A DNA stretch of 64,000 bases from Anthoceros angustus (Eukaryota; Plantae; Anthocerotophyta), in the NCBI GenBank assembly GCA_010909165.1, contig VJWM01000266.1:115921-179920 (forward strand), read 5' to 3'. The notes under the pieces are model-generated. The model had not been told where the DNA came from. It ran no database searches and saw nothing but the letters and a program-made list of their open reading frames with translations. Both the position numbers and the translations under genes were made by a program. Below are positions 24,394 through 36,327 of the stretch, piece by piece; position 1 is the first letter of the stretch; each line of letters opens with the position of its first letter.

Positions 24394-24849
24394 AACCAAG
24401 TGAAAGCCAGAATGTCAAGGCTCTACGATATGTGTGCCCGTGTCGCCATCCTTGTGCGCGCGGTGATACTAATCTCTCGTGACTTGGGTTTAGTGTTTGA
24501 TTAGCATTAATTAATCTAATTACTTATCTTTAAGTAAGTAATTAGTGTTAATTAATCTAAAGTGCTTATGTTAATTAAGCATTGATTAGTGTTAATTAAT
24601 CTAATGTGCTTATGTTAATTAAGCATTGATTAGTGTTAATTAAACATGGTTAGCAATAGCTAAGTGGATAAGCTCAAGTAATATGCTTTGGCATATTCCT
24701 TGCATATTATAGTGTATTCTTAGGATACAATAGCTAAGTGGATAAGCTCAAGTAATATGCTATATTCCTTGCATATTATAGTGTATTCTTAGGATATTTC
24801 GCATATCCGATGCCAATAGGATATCTTAGGAATATGATGCCAGGTCTAG

Positions 24850-24899
24850 TATATATAGACCCTTCCATTGAGGACAAGCTCGGATCATAGCTTGTCCTC
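24850..24899 (+). promoter_or_regulatory. TATA box followed by an 11-bp-stem hairpin in the family-2 LTR
   Basis: TATATATA at 24850, then GAGGACAAGCT-cggatcat-AGCTTGTCCTC at 24870-24899. Also present at ~30299, 35419, 36089 and 37838. Confidence 0.6.
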
Positions 24900-25073
24900 T
24901 AGATATGCAATGCAAGGCGTTGTGAGGAGGCCAAAGCTATGACTCAGAGCGATGTGTGAGGAATTTGCGTGTTGTTCTCGTGGGAGAGTGTTTGTGCCAC
25001 GATGCGAGCTACTCCTCTGTTGTTACAAGCTATGATCTCGTGTGTACACTAGATAGGCCGATAGGCTTAGTGT

Positions 25074-25170
25074 GATGCTAGGCGATGCTAGGCGATGCTA
25101 GGCGATGCTAGGCGATGCTAGGCGATGCTAGCGATGCTAGGCGATGCTAGCGATGCTAGCGATGCTAGGC
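25074..25170 (+). repeat. (GGCGATGCTA)n 10-mer tandem repeat
   Basis: About 9 visible units; degenerate at 30510-30560. Confidence 0.9.
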
Positions 25171-25233
25171 TACAGGGCGACGCTGCAAGTAGGCAAGGAC
25201 TCTAAGTGTGCCCAAGGCTTGAGGCTAGAGAGA

Positions 25234-25520
25234 CCAAGCCCAAGGCAGAGGAGGAGAAGCTCAAGCCCAAGGCCAAGGAGAGGAGGCGAAGCCCAAGTCC
25301 AAGGCCAAGGAGAGGAGGCAAGAAGCCCAAGTCCAAGGCCAAGGAGAGGAGGAAGAAGCCCAAGTCCAAGGCCAAGAGGAGGAGCCCAAGTCCAAGGCCA
25401 GGAGAGGAGAAGCCCAAGTCCAAGGCCAAGGAGAGGAGGCGAAGCCCAAGTCCAAGGCCAAGGAGAGGAGGCAGCCCAAGGCCAAGGAGAGAGGCAAGAA
25501 GCCCATACCAAGGAGAGGAA
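25234..25520 (+). repeat. Purine-rich minisatellite (aagcccaagtccaaggccaaggagaggagg-like units)
   Basis: Repeated ccaaggccaaggagaggagg units; second array at 30566-30852. Confidence 0.9.
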
Positions 25521-25949
25521 TGACTGACATGGGCCTTTTAAGGCCAACCAACCAAGGGAGAAACAAGAGTATTTTACTCTTGGGCCCCGGATTCCAAGGG
25601 ATAAGGGAGAAGCGGATAGACATGGGTATGTCATCAGTCCATTTGATCTCATTTTCTGTCCAAAACTCCTAGTTAGCCAGCACCCCATCTAGGTACTGAT
25701 CCACCCCACGGGTGCTTATCTTTGGAGTTCCTATGCCTTTGCTATCCAACTCACCCAACTCACATTTTTTGACCATGGCATAGCCTGCAGAGTATTTGTA
25801 TGCAATTTTAACATGCATAGATACTTAGAGGTTTCACTAATCACGATCTAAGATAGCGGGGTGTGTTAACCTTGATTAAGGGTTTGATCTAGCCACTAAC
25901 CGCCTGGAGTGCATGCCTGGACACACTCGATCCGGACGGAGCTACCAAC

Positions 25950-27600
25950 CAGCAAGTCCATCAGAGCGAATTCGAAGTCCCGACCAAGAGGAGAAGTGCG
26001 AACACCTCGATTTTGGTACCAAGGACGCGGAGGAACCCAGACACAATCAACAATCTTTGAAGGATCCGTGAGTGGCAACACACAAGACACGTTAGTGCCG
26101 GACAACTCAAGGAAGCGAGGAGGACTTGTCTCTTGGAGTCGCCAAGATGGGAGGAGACAAGGATCGAATGGAGTTGTTCACAGGACAGCGGCACCTTGCC
26201 ACGGAGGACTTCATCGAGAAGTACGGTGCGTGTGTGCGGAGATGGAATTGAAGACCGGATACACGAGCGATACGGCTTCATCCAAATGCAAGTACTTGGG
26301 GATGAAGCATTGGCGTGCTATCGCGAGCACAAGGCGAGGTTGTTGAGCGCATGGAGGACCGTGAGTAGCGATTCAAGCTCAAGGAACCGGCAGACGGAGC
26401 GGTCACCGAGTGGGCACGATCCCATCAAGAGATGTTTGACATCTTCCTGGAGTTTCGCAAGCACGGATGAGAAGATCTCCGAGCACACTTCAAGATGAAG
26501 TCGAGACTGCGAAGATGGCTTATCAAGAATCGACCGTGGTACGTGACACCAAGATCATGAGTGACCGACTGGCTGCAGAGAAGTACTTGCAGGCATTGCC
26601 ATATGCACTGCGCATGAAGGTGCAACAAGCGGTGCACAGCACGAAGGGGCAACACTACACCCTCAAGGAAGTGTACGAGATGGCTGACAAGATAGGGCCC
26701 GCTGACACTTTCTCTCGTGCTGTTGCAAGTGATTACTCCAGCACAAGTAGGAGTGGTGGACGACATGACCGACGCGGAGGTCAGAGTGGAGGAGCTCGGC
26801 GAGACAAGCCAGCCCACACAGCCCAAGTGACGAGCCCCTGCGTGAGGTGCCGAGGGACGGACCATTCCCCTCATGAGTGCGAGCATGCATTCGGAGGAGT
26901 CAAGGGTGAGGAGCCATGCCCTAGGTGTGGGAGGTACGGCACAATGAAGCGGCATGTTGGGAGAAGCATCCGGAATTGCGGCCTCACGGGTTATCGAGCA
27001 GCAACCCCGCCAATGCATCTCGTCAACCTCATCCACAAAATCGAAGAGCAAAGGCGTGGAGGAGGCACCGCCAAGTCCCGTGGACAAAAGAAACGGAAGC
27101 ATCAAAGAAGACGATACCTACGTGGCACGCCTTGCAAAGCTGGAGAAGTTGGTGAAGGCGAAGATCAAGGAGCAGCTCATCATCGAGGACGAAGAAGATG
27201 AGCACAAGCTTGGATACATGGCGACTGTGACCAGATCCAAGGGCAAGGGGAAGAAACCTCTGGCAGCTACGAGAGAAGATAGCTCGAGGAAGAAGAGGAT
27301 GTCTTGACACCGGTCACGGAAGACACGGAAGGAAGCTTGGGGATCCTCTTCCGAACCTATGCCAAGATGCCAAAGTCGTTTGAGCCATTGCCAGGAGCAA
27401 GTGGGAGCAACATCAAAGTCCAGAGGGCGATGTGGAGAAACCCATGCAGATTGCCGACGGAGACGATGGCACAAAAGCTTGGAGATGCCATGTTTCACCT
27501 AAGACATGGGGTTGAGCGTGAAGGAAGTCGGGGTTTGACTCGGCGGATGTTGACAACCCTTGAAGACGAAGCAAGTGTCAAGATTTGCCACAACAGTGGC
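25950..27600 (+). pseudogene. gag: Family-2 Gag, copy 1, frameshifted
   Basis: LGDEALACYREHKARLL; YTLKEVYEMADKI; knuckles CVRCRGTDHSPHEC and CPRCGRYGHNEAACWEKHP (across a frameshift); MPKSFEPLP. Homologous to the Gag at 15500-18835. Confidence 0.85.
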
Positions 27601-27639
27601 AATGATGTCATTGCCGACCTCGAGCCAAGCATCTCGTGG

Positions 27640-28020
27640 AGAAGCGGAATGCCGCACGTGGGGTGGCTTTGGTCAACAATCGGGAGAGGCACATTGAAAT
27701 CAATGGATTCGCACCAAGGAGGGTGTTGATTGACACCGGAGCACCGGTGATCGTTGGAAGAAGAGTGAAGGAAGCGTTGGGTCTCCACCAAGAAAGGTTG
27801 AAGGAAACCAAGTGGAAGATCCGACTGTGGGACCACGGAGCATGTGTTGGGGTGACAAGGTACAAGTGAAGGTTTCATTCAAACCAAGAACAGACTTCAC
27901 CTTTGTCGAGGTACACCGCTTGGTCACCGATGCGACACTTTTGATGTCTTGCGGGACGCTTTGTACAAACCTCGAGTCATGGTGGATTTGTGGACGGAGA
28001 CTACTATCGACCAGTGGAGA
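27640..28020 (+). pseudogene. Family-2 aspartic protease, copy 1
   Basis: ALVNNRERHIEINGFAPRRVLIDTGAPVIVGR. Copy 2 shows the second motif, TFDVLLGADAL. Confidence 0.85.
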
Positions 28021-28399
28021 AGCTGGAGCAAAACCGATGAACGGATTGCCCGCATCCCTCTGCGGCATGGCAAGGATCATGAGAACCTCATTGCCAGCGT
28101 CTACCCGGTTTGGCGCCGTAGTGAAGGACACGCCATACGTGCTTGAACCTCTTGGCGTGTGTCTAACAACCGCAATGACTGGAGGATTTCGACGAGGAGG
28201 AGGAAAACAAGCTAGGGTTGCAACCACCCTCGGAGGAGGTTCTTCAAGTCACCGGACGGAGGGTGATCGCAGAATGAGCCGTGCAAAAGCTGTGGAGGAT
28301 GGTGCAAGAGGACCGGTCCTATGAGCCGAGAACTGTAAGTTCTTGCCTAGGGTTGAGCCTGTTTGTGACCTAAACACCTGTGTCATCACATGGCGACCT

Positions 28400-29285
28400 C
28401 GGAAGGCATAGTGCGGTGGAACTCTTTGGAGGCATCGACGGCTTGAAGGCTAAAGTGTGGCATCAAAGTGCGAAGATACGTGCATTGTGACCCGGATCCA
28501 AAAGCAAGGATTGTGTCAGGCGCGTAAGAGACTTGATGGGGAGTACCTAACCTCGACGTGGGAGTCGGTGAAGGGTTACCGAAGCGCGCCGATGGATGTT
28601 CGCATGATAGGGTTGTCCCATTTGAGTTGTCTTGGGCAACCGTGGACCTTGTCATCGCAGTTGGGAGTGTCAAGGACTATCCTCTGGGCAAGGGTCAAGG
28701 TCCAAGGATCCACAAAGATTGTTCTATGACTGATGAGGATCTTGCGCTTGATCCAAAGGGCAAGAAAGGCCTTGTGGATACATGTTGGAGAATGTGCCGA
28801 TGCATGAGCGTGAAGAAGCAAGTTCGGAGGACTTTGCCACGATCCGAGGAGTGTTGGGTCGAGCTTCTATTGGATGCGCTCAATTTGGTTCGAGGGCTCA
28901 TAGGTTGAGGTCCATGTGGACTAACCTTGCTCCCTTGGAACATTTGAAGTGTGCGAGGTCGCTCACCAAGCGACCTAATCATGTTGTCAAGGATGTGCTA
29001 GCATCGGAAGGCATGCCCAACAAGTCATCAAGACCGACAAGCGACTTCGTGAACACGCTGGACACCCCATGGCGGCCAACCTTTGTGTCTAAGTCCAAGT
29101 CTTACGCAGGAACCATGGCCCGGCGTTGTGGTGGGACATGGCGAGGTTTTGGGAGAGCCAACACCAGAGAGGAGTTGGCCATGGGATTTGATGCGAGCAA
29201 GACACCGGAGTGACCGAGAAGGAACGGTGTCGATTGCTTGGGCAAGCATTTGACGTGAACATGATGACGGTTGTTTAGCCGAGTC
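28400..29285 (+). pseudogene. DNMT3-like C5 methyltransferase domain (family 2, copy 1)
   Basis: VELFGGIDG at ~28413; VDLVIA(G)WECQGLS at ~28642; MLENVP; AQFGSRAHRLRSMWTNL; ELAMGF; LLGQAFDVNMM. Confidence 0.92.
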
Positions 29286-29812
29286 GCTACCAACTTCAAA
29301 CCAAGAAGGCGGGGTTGAAGCGGGTTCGGTGGGTGAAGGACATTCCGGCACTCGCATCTCAACAGGAGAAGGCGAGTTTGGAGGGCAAGGAGAGCGAGAG
29401 GAAGCGTGCAAGCCATCGAGCCACAACCACATGAGTGGTTACCGAGTCGAGTTGAAGAGCAATCAACGGCGTCTAAAGGAGTTGTTGGAGGCATCGCGAC
29501 ATGTATTTGCTTTCACGCTTGGAGATGGGGAAGTACACCAAAGGGAAGTTCCACATAGAACTAATCAAGAATGAACCGTGTTCGCAGGAGGCAGGCTCGA
29601 AGGCAAGAAGAAAATGACGAGCAACCGGGGAGAGTAGTCCACATGACAGCCCATGAGGATGTCAAGACAAGCCTCCACTCATGGACAAGGTTCATAACCT
29701 CTGGACGACATTCCCAAGGAGATTGGTTTTGTGCACAATGCGCTACATGAGGTGCGACGTGTAGTCCTACTAATGATAATGTTTTGACTTAGAGTCTCAC
29801 ATTATCGGGGGA

Positions 29813-32800
29813 TTGGTTGCACCTATATATCTCGAGATTTGTTTGCTTGGTTGTTGGTCGAGGAAGTGCTTATATGAATTCAAGTGACCTCATGACATGC
29901 CGTGTGATACTAATCTGCACTTGGGTTTAGTGTTTGATTAGCATTAATTAATCTAATTACTTATCTTTAAGTAAGTAATTAGTGTTAATTAATCTAAAGT
30001 GCTTATGTTAATTAAGCATTGATTAGTGTTAATTAATCTAATGTGCTTATGTTAATTAAGCATTGATTAGTGTTAATTAAACATGGTTAGCAATAAGTGG
30101 ATAAGCTCAAGTAATATGCCATATTCCTTGCATATTATAGTGTATTCTTAGGATACAATAGCTAAGTGGATAAGCTCAAGTAATATGCTTTGGCATATTC
30201 CTTGCATTATAGTGTATTCTTAGGATATTTCGCATATCGATGCCAATAGGATATCTTAGGAATATGCCGATGCGGTCTAGTATATAGACCCTTCCATTGA
30301 GGACAAGCTCGGATCATAGCTTGTCCTCTAGATATGCAATGCAAGGCGTTGTGAGGAGGCCAAAGCTATGACTCAGAGCGATGTGTGAGGAATTTGCGTT
30401 GTTCTCGTGGGGAGAGTGTGTTTGTGCGACGTGCAGCTACTCCCTCTGTTGTTTTGTTGACAATATCTAGACGGGTGTGCTGGTGTGGTAGGATGCTAAG
30501 GGTGCGACAGGCGATGCGGGCTGGGCGATGCTACGACTAGACTAGGCGTGCTGCGATGCTGGCGGCAAGGAGAGGAGGCCAAGGAGAGAGGAAGCCCAAG
30601 GCCAAGGAGAGGAGGCCAAGGCCAAGGAGAGGAGGCGGCCAAGAGGGGCGAGAGGAGCAAAGCCCAAGGCCAAGGAGAGGCGGAAGTAGGCCAAGGAGAG
30701 GAGGAAGCCCAAGTGGCCAAGGAGGAGGGAGAAGCCCAAGGCGGCCAAGGGAGGCGAGGAGGAGAGGAAGCCCAAGGCCAAGGAGGAGGAGGCCAAGGCC
30801 AAGGCCAAGGAGAGAGGAAGCCCAAGGCCAAGGAGAGGAGGCCAAGGAGAGGGATGTATAGTCACAGGATATTGAGAAATTTATTAGTCAACCCCTAGGT
30901 AAAATCCACCATCCACACACTCTCTATGCCTTTGCTATCCACTCACATTTTGATACTAACTACTGGGTATTTCCTTTAACATGCATAGATCACTTGGTGT
31001 TCTGAAGGTGTTTGCCGCTACCAACACTTGAGGCATCACTCGATCGGACACCCAGTCCATCCGTCCATCTCAAGTCCCGACCAAGAGGAGAAGTGCGAAC
31101 ACCTCGATTTTGGTACCATAAGGACGGAGGAACCCAGACACAATCAACAATCTTTGAAGGATCCGTGAGTGGCAACACACAAGACACGTTAGTCTGCCGG
31201 ACAACTCAAGCGATAATGAGGAGGACTTGTCTCTTGGAGTCGTCAAGATGGGAGGAGACAAGGATCGAATGGAGTTGTTCACAGACGAGGCACCTTGCCA
31301 CCGGAGGACTTCATCGAGAAATGCAGTGCGGTGTGTGCGGAGATGGAATTGAAGACCGGATGAAGATACGGCTTCATCCAAATGCCAAGTACTTGGGGAT
31401 GAAGCATTGGCGTGCTATCGCGAGCACAAGGCGAGGTTGTTGAGCGAGGAGGACCAGTGAGTAGCAGCTCAAGCTGGAACCAAGCAGGCAGAGCGGCACC
31501 GAGTGGGCACGATCCCATCAAGAGATGTTTGACATCTTCCTGGAGTTTCGCAAGCACGGATGAGAAGATCTCCGGTGACACACTTCAAGATGAAGTCGCG
31601 AGACCAAGATGGCTTATCAAGAATCGACCAGCGCGTGACACCAAGATCATGAGTGACCGATCGGCAGAGAAGTACTTGCAGGCATTGCCATATGCGCATG
31701 AAGGTGCAACAAGCGGTGCACAAAGGGGGCAACACTACACCCTCAAGGAAGTGTACGAGATGGTCGACAAGATAGGGCCCACGACACTTTCTCTCGTGCA
31801 AGTGATTACTCCAAGACAAGTAGGAGTGGACGACATGACCGACGCGGAGGTCGAGTGGAGGAGCTCGGCGAGACAAGCCACCCACACACCCCAAGTGACG
31901 AGCCCTGCGTGAGGTGCCGAGGACGGACCATTCCCTCATGAGTGCGAGCATGCATTCGGAGGAGTCAAGGGTGAGGAGCCATGCCCTAGGTGTGGGAGGT
32001 ACGGCACAATGAAGCGGCATGTTGGGAGAAGCATCCGAATTGCGGCCTCACGGGTTATCGAGCAGCAACCCGGCCAATGCATCTCGCCAACCTCATCCAC
32101 AAAATCGGCGAGCAAAGGCGCCGTGGAGGAGGCACAAGTCCCGTGGACAAAAGAAACGGAAGCATCAAAGAAGACGGCGGATGACGTGGCACGCCTTGCA
32201 AAATGGAGAAGTTGGTGCGGAAGGCGAAGATCAAGGAGAGCAGTTCATCATCGAGGACGAAGAAGATGAGCACAAGCTTGGATACATGGCGATCGTGACC
32301 GATCCAAGGGCAGGAAGAAACCTCAGCTACGAGAAGATAGCTCAGGAAGAAGAGGATGTCTTGACACCAGCGGAAGACACGGAAGGAAGCTTGGGATCCT
32401 CTTCCGAACCTATGCCAAGATGCCAAAGTCGTTTGAGCCATTGCCAACAGGAGCAACTGGGAGCAACATCAAAGTCCAGTGGGCGATGTGGAGAAACCCA
32501 TGCAGATTGCGAGAGACGATGGCACAAAAGCTTCGGAGATGCCATGTTTCACCTACAAGACATGGGGTTGAGCGTGAAGGAAGTCGGGGTTTGACTCGGC
32601 GGATGTTGACAACCCTTGAAGACGAAGCAAGTGTCGACAATGTGCCACAACAGTGGCAATGATGTCATACGACCTCGAGCCAAGCATCTCGTGGAGAAGC
32701 GGAATGCGCACGAGTGGGAGTGGCTTTGGTCAACAATCGGGAGGCACATTGAAATCAATGGATTCGCACCAAGGAGGGTGTTGATTGACACCGAGCACAC

Positions 32801-35800
32801 CCGGTGATCGTTGGAAGAAGAGTGAAGGAAGCGTTGGGTCTCCACCAAGAAAGGTTGAAGGAAACCAAGTGGAAGATCCAGACGCACTGGGACCACGAGC
32901 ATGTGTTGGGGTGACAAGGTACAAGCTGAAGGTTTCATTCAAACCAAGAACAGACTTCACCTTTGTCGAGGTACACTGCTTGGTCACTGATGCAGACACA
33001 TTTGATGTCTTGCTGGGAGCGGACGCTTTGTACAAACCTGGAGTCATGGTGGATTTGTGGACGGAGACAGTCTACTATCGACCAGGCTGGAGAAGCTGGA
33101 GCAAAACCGATGAACGGATTGCCCGCATCCCTCTGCAGCTGCATGGCAAGGATCATGAGAACCTCATTGCCAACAGCGTCTACCCAGTGTTTGGCGCCGT
33201 AGTGAAGGACACGCCATACGTGCTTGAACCTCTTGGCGTGTGTCTAACAACCGCAACTGACCTGATGGAGGATTTCGACGAGGAGGAGGAAAACAAGCTA
33301 GGGTTGCAACCACCCTCGGAGGAGGTTCTTCAAGTCAGCCGGACGGAGCTGGTGACTGCAGCAATGAGCCGTGCAAAAGCTGTGGAGGATGGTGCAAGAG
33401 GACTGTCCCTATGAGCCGAGAACTGTAAGTTCTTGCCTAGGGTTGAGCTTTGTGACCTAAACACCTGGTCATCACATGGCGACCTCGGAAGGCATAGTGC
33501 TCGTGGAACTCTTTGGAGGCATCGACGCTTGAAGCGCAGCAAGTGTGGCATCAAAGTGCGAAGATACGTGCATTGTGACCCGGATCCAAAAGCAAGGATT
33601 GTGTCACGAGCGTAAGAGACTTGATGGGGAGTACCTAACCTCGACGGGAGTCGGTGAAGGTTAAAGCCGATGGATGTTCGCATGATAGGGTTGTCCCATT
33701 TGAGTTGTCTTGGGCAACCGTGGACCTTGTCATCGCAGTTGGGAGTGTCAAGGACTATCCTCTGCAAAAGGGTCAAGGTCGAAGGATCCACGAACAGCAT
33801 TGTTCTATGACTGATGAGGATCTTGCGCTTGATCCGGAAAGGGCAAGAAAGGCCTTGTGGATACATGTTGGAGAATGTGCCAAGATGCATGAGCGTGAAG
33901 AAGCAAGTTCGGGAGGACTTTGCCACGATCCGAGGAGTGTTGGGTCGAGCTTCTATTGGATGCAGCTCAATTTGGTTCGAGGGCTCATAGGTTGAGGTCC
34001 ATGTGGACTAACCTTGCTCCCTTGGAACATTTGAAGTGTGCGAGGTCGCTCACCAAGCGACCTAATCATGTTGTCAAGGATGTGCTAGCATCGGAAGGCA
34101 TGCCCAACAAGTCATCAAGACCGACAAGCCGCCGCACTTCCTGTGAACACGCTGACACCCCATGGCGGCTTGGCCAACCTTTGTGTCTAAGTCCAAGTCT
34201 TACGCCTTCAGAACCATGGCCCCGTTGTGGTGGGAGACATGGCGAGGTTTTGGGAGAGCCAACACAGAGAGGAGTTGGCCATGGATTTGATGCCGAGCCA
34301 CGAGACACCGACCGAGAAGGAACGGTGTCGATTGCTTGGGCAAGCATTTGACGTGAACATGATGACTGGTTGTTTAGCTGGAGTCGCTACCAACTTCAAA
34401 CCAAGAAGGCGGGGTTGAAGCGGGTTCGGTGGGTGAAGGATATTCGCACTCGCATCTCAACAGGAGAAGGCGAGTTTGGAGGGCAAGGAGAGCGAGCACG
34501 AGGAAGCGCAAGCCATCGAGCCACAACCACATGAGTGGTTATCGAGTTGAAGAGCAATCAACGCGCCGCCTAAAGGAGTTGTTGGAGGCATCGCGACATG
34601 TGTTTGCTTTCACGCTATGGAGATGGGGAAGTACACCAAAGGGAAGTTCCACATAGAACTAATCAAGAATGAACCAGTTCGCAGAGGCAGTGCTCAAGAA
34701 GGCAAGAAGAAAATGAGCAACTGGGAGAGTAGTCCACATGACAGCCCATGAGGATGTCAAGACAAGCCTCCACTCATGGACAAGGTTCATAACCTCGACG
34801 ACATTCCAAGGAGATTGGTTTTGTGCACAATGCGCTACATGAGGTGCGACGTGTAGTCTACTAATGATAATGTTTTGACTTAGAGTCTCACATTATCGGG
34901 GATTGGTTGCACCTATATATCTGCGTATTCGATTTGTTTGCTTGGTTGTTGGTCGAGAAGTGCTTATATGAATTCAAGTGCTTACCTCGCGCATGACGGC
35001 CATGCCGTGATACTAATCTCTGCACTTGGGTTTAGTGTTTGATTAGCATTAATTAATCTAATTACTTATCTTTAAGTAAGTAATTAGTGTTAATTAATCT
35101 AAAGTGCTTATGTTAATTAAGCATTGATTAGTGTTAATTAATCTAATGTGCTTATGTTAATTAAGCATTGATTAGTGTTAATTAAACATGGTTAGCAATA
35201 GCTAAGTGGATAAGCTCAAGTAATATGCTTGGCATATTCCTTGCATATTATAGTGTATTCTTAGGATACAATAGCTAAGTGGATAAGCTCAAGTAATATG
35301 CTTTGGCATATTCCTTGCATATTATAGTGTATTCTTAGGATATCTTAGGAATATGCCGATGCCAATAGGATATCTTAGGAATATGCGATGTGGTCTAGTA
35401 TATATAGACCCTTCCATTGAGGACAAGCTCAGATCATAGCTTGTCCTCTAGATATGCAATGCAAGGGTGTTGTGAGGAGGCCAAAGCTATGACTCCGAGA
35501 GCGATGTGTGAGGAATTTGCGTGTTGTTCTCGTGGGGAGAGTGTGTTTGTGCCACGATGCGAGCTACTCCCTCCTGTTGTTATTGGTTGCACCTATATAT
35601 CTAGGTGCGTATTAGATTTGTTTGCTTGGTTGTTGGTCGAGGAAGTGCTTATATGAATTCAAGTGCTTACCTCGCATGGCGCTGCCAGGTGATACTAATC
35701 TGCACTTGGGTTTAGTGTTTGATTAGCATTAATCTAATTACTTATCTTTAAGTAATTAGTGTTAATTAATCTAAAGTGCTTATGTTAATTAAGCATTGAT

Positions 35801-36327
35801 TAGTGTTAATTAATCTAATGTGCTTATGTTAATTAAGCATTGATTAGTGTTAATTAAACATGGTTAGCAATAGCTAAGTGGATAAGCTCAAGTAATATGC
35901 TTGGCATATTCCTTGCATATTATAGTGTATTCTTAGGATACAATAGCTAAGTGGATAAGCTCAAGTAATATGCTTTGGCATATTCCTTGCATATTATAGT
36001 GTATTCTTAGGATATTTCGCATATGCCGATGCCAATAGGATATCTTAGGAATATGATGCCAGGTCTAGTATATATAGACCCTTCCATTGAGGACAAGCTC
36101 GGATCATAGCTTGTCCTCTAGATATGCAATGCAAGGGTTGTGAGGAGGCCAAAGCTACACCAGAGCGATGTGAGGAATTTGCGTGTTGTTCTCGTGGGGA
36201 GAGTGTGTTTGTGCCACGATGCGAGCTACTCCCTCCTGTTGTTATTGGTTGCACCTATATATCTGCGATGAGGTGCTGTTGGTCGAGGAAGTGCTTACAT
36301 GAATTCAAGTGCTTACCTCGTGCGACA
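29813..36327 (+). mobile_element. Family-2 non-autonomous LTR element, copy 2 (shares its left LTR with copy 1; tandem LTRs at 34903-36327)
   Basis: Direct repeat of copy 1: gag ~31050-32650, PR ~32700-33090, DNMT 33490-34385, PHD remnant ~34745-34841. Ends ...cctcgtgcgaca at 36327. Confidence 0.88.
33490..34385 (+). pseudogene. DNMT3-like C5 methyltransferase domain (family 2, copy 2)
   Basis: GIVLVELFGGIDA; tgg gag tgt caa gga cta tcc (WECQGLS) at ~33740; LLLDAAQFGSRAHRLRSMWTNL; RCRLLGQAFDVNMM. Confidence 0.92.

Larger units (their letters stand above)
24441..30509 (+). mobile_element. Family-2 non-autonomous LTR element, copy 1 (Gag-PR-DNMT-PHD remnant; no RT/RNaseH/INT)
   Basis: AT-rich terminal repeats at ~24441-25030 and ~29813-30509, and a G-run PPT at 29807-29812. 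Coding region ~25950-29750. Confidence 0.88.

Noticed and set aside
24500-24830. AT-rich repeats that superficially resemble a CRISPR array or replication origin
   Set aside because: Adjacent tandem units without unique spacers, repeated in every LTR copy, with no cas genes and a eukaryotic TE context.
25144-25688. SR/KE-rich and LGLG/WPW ORFs (also 30496-30898)
   Set aside because: These are translations of a stop-free minisatellite, open in most frames.
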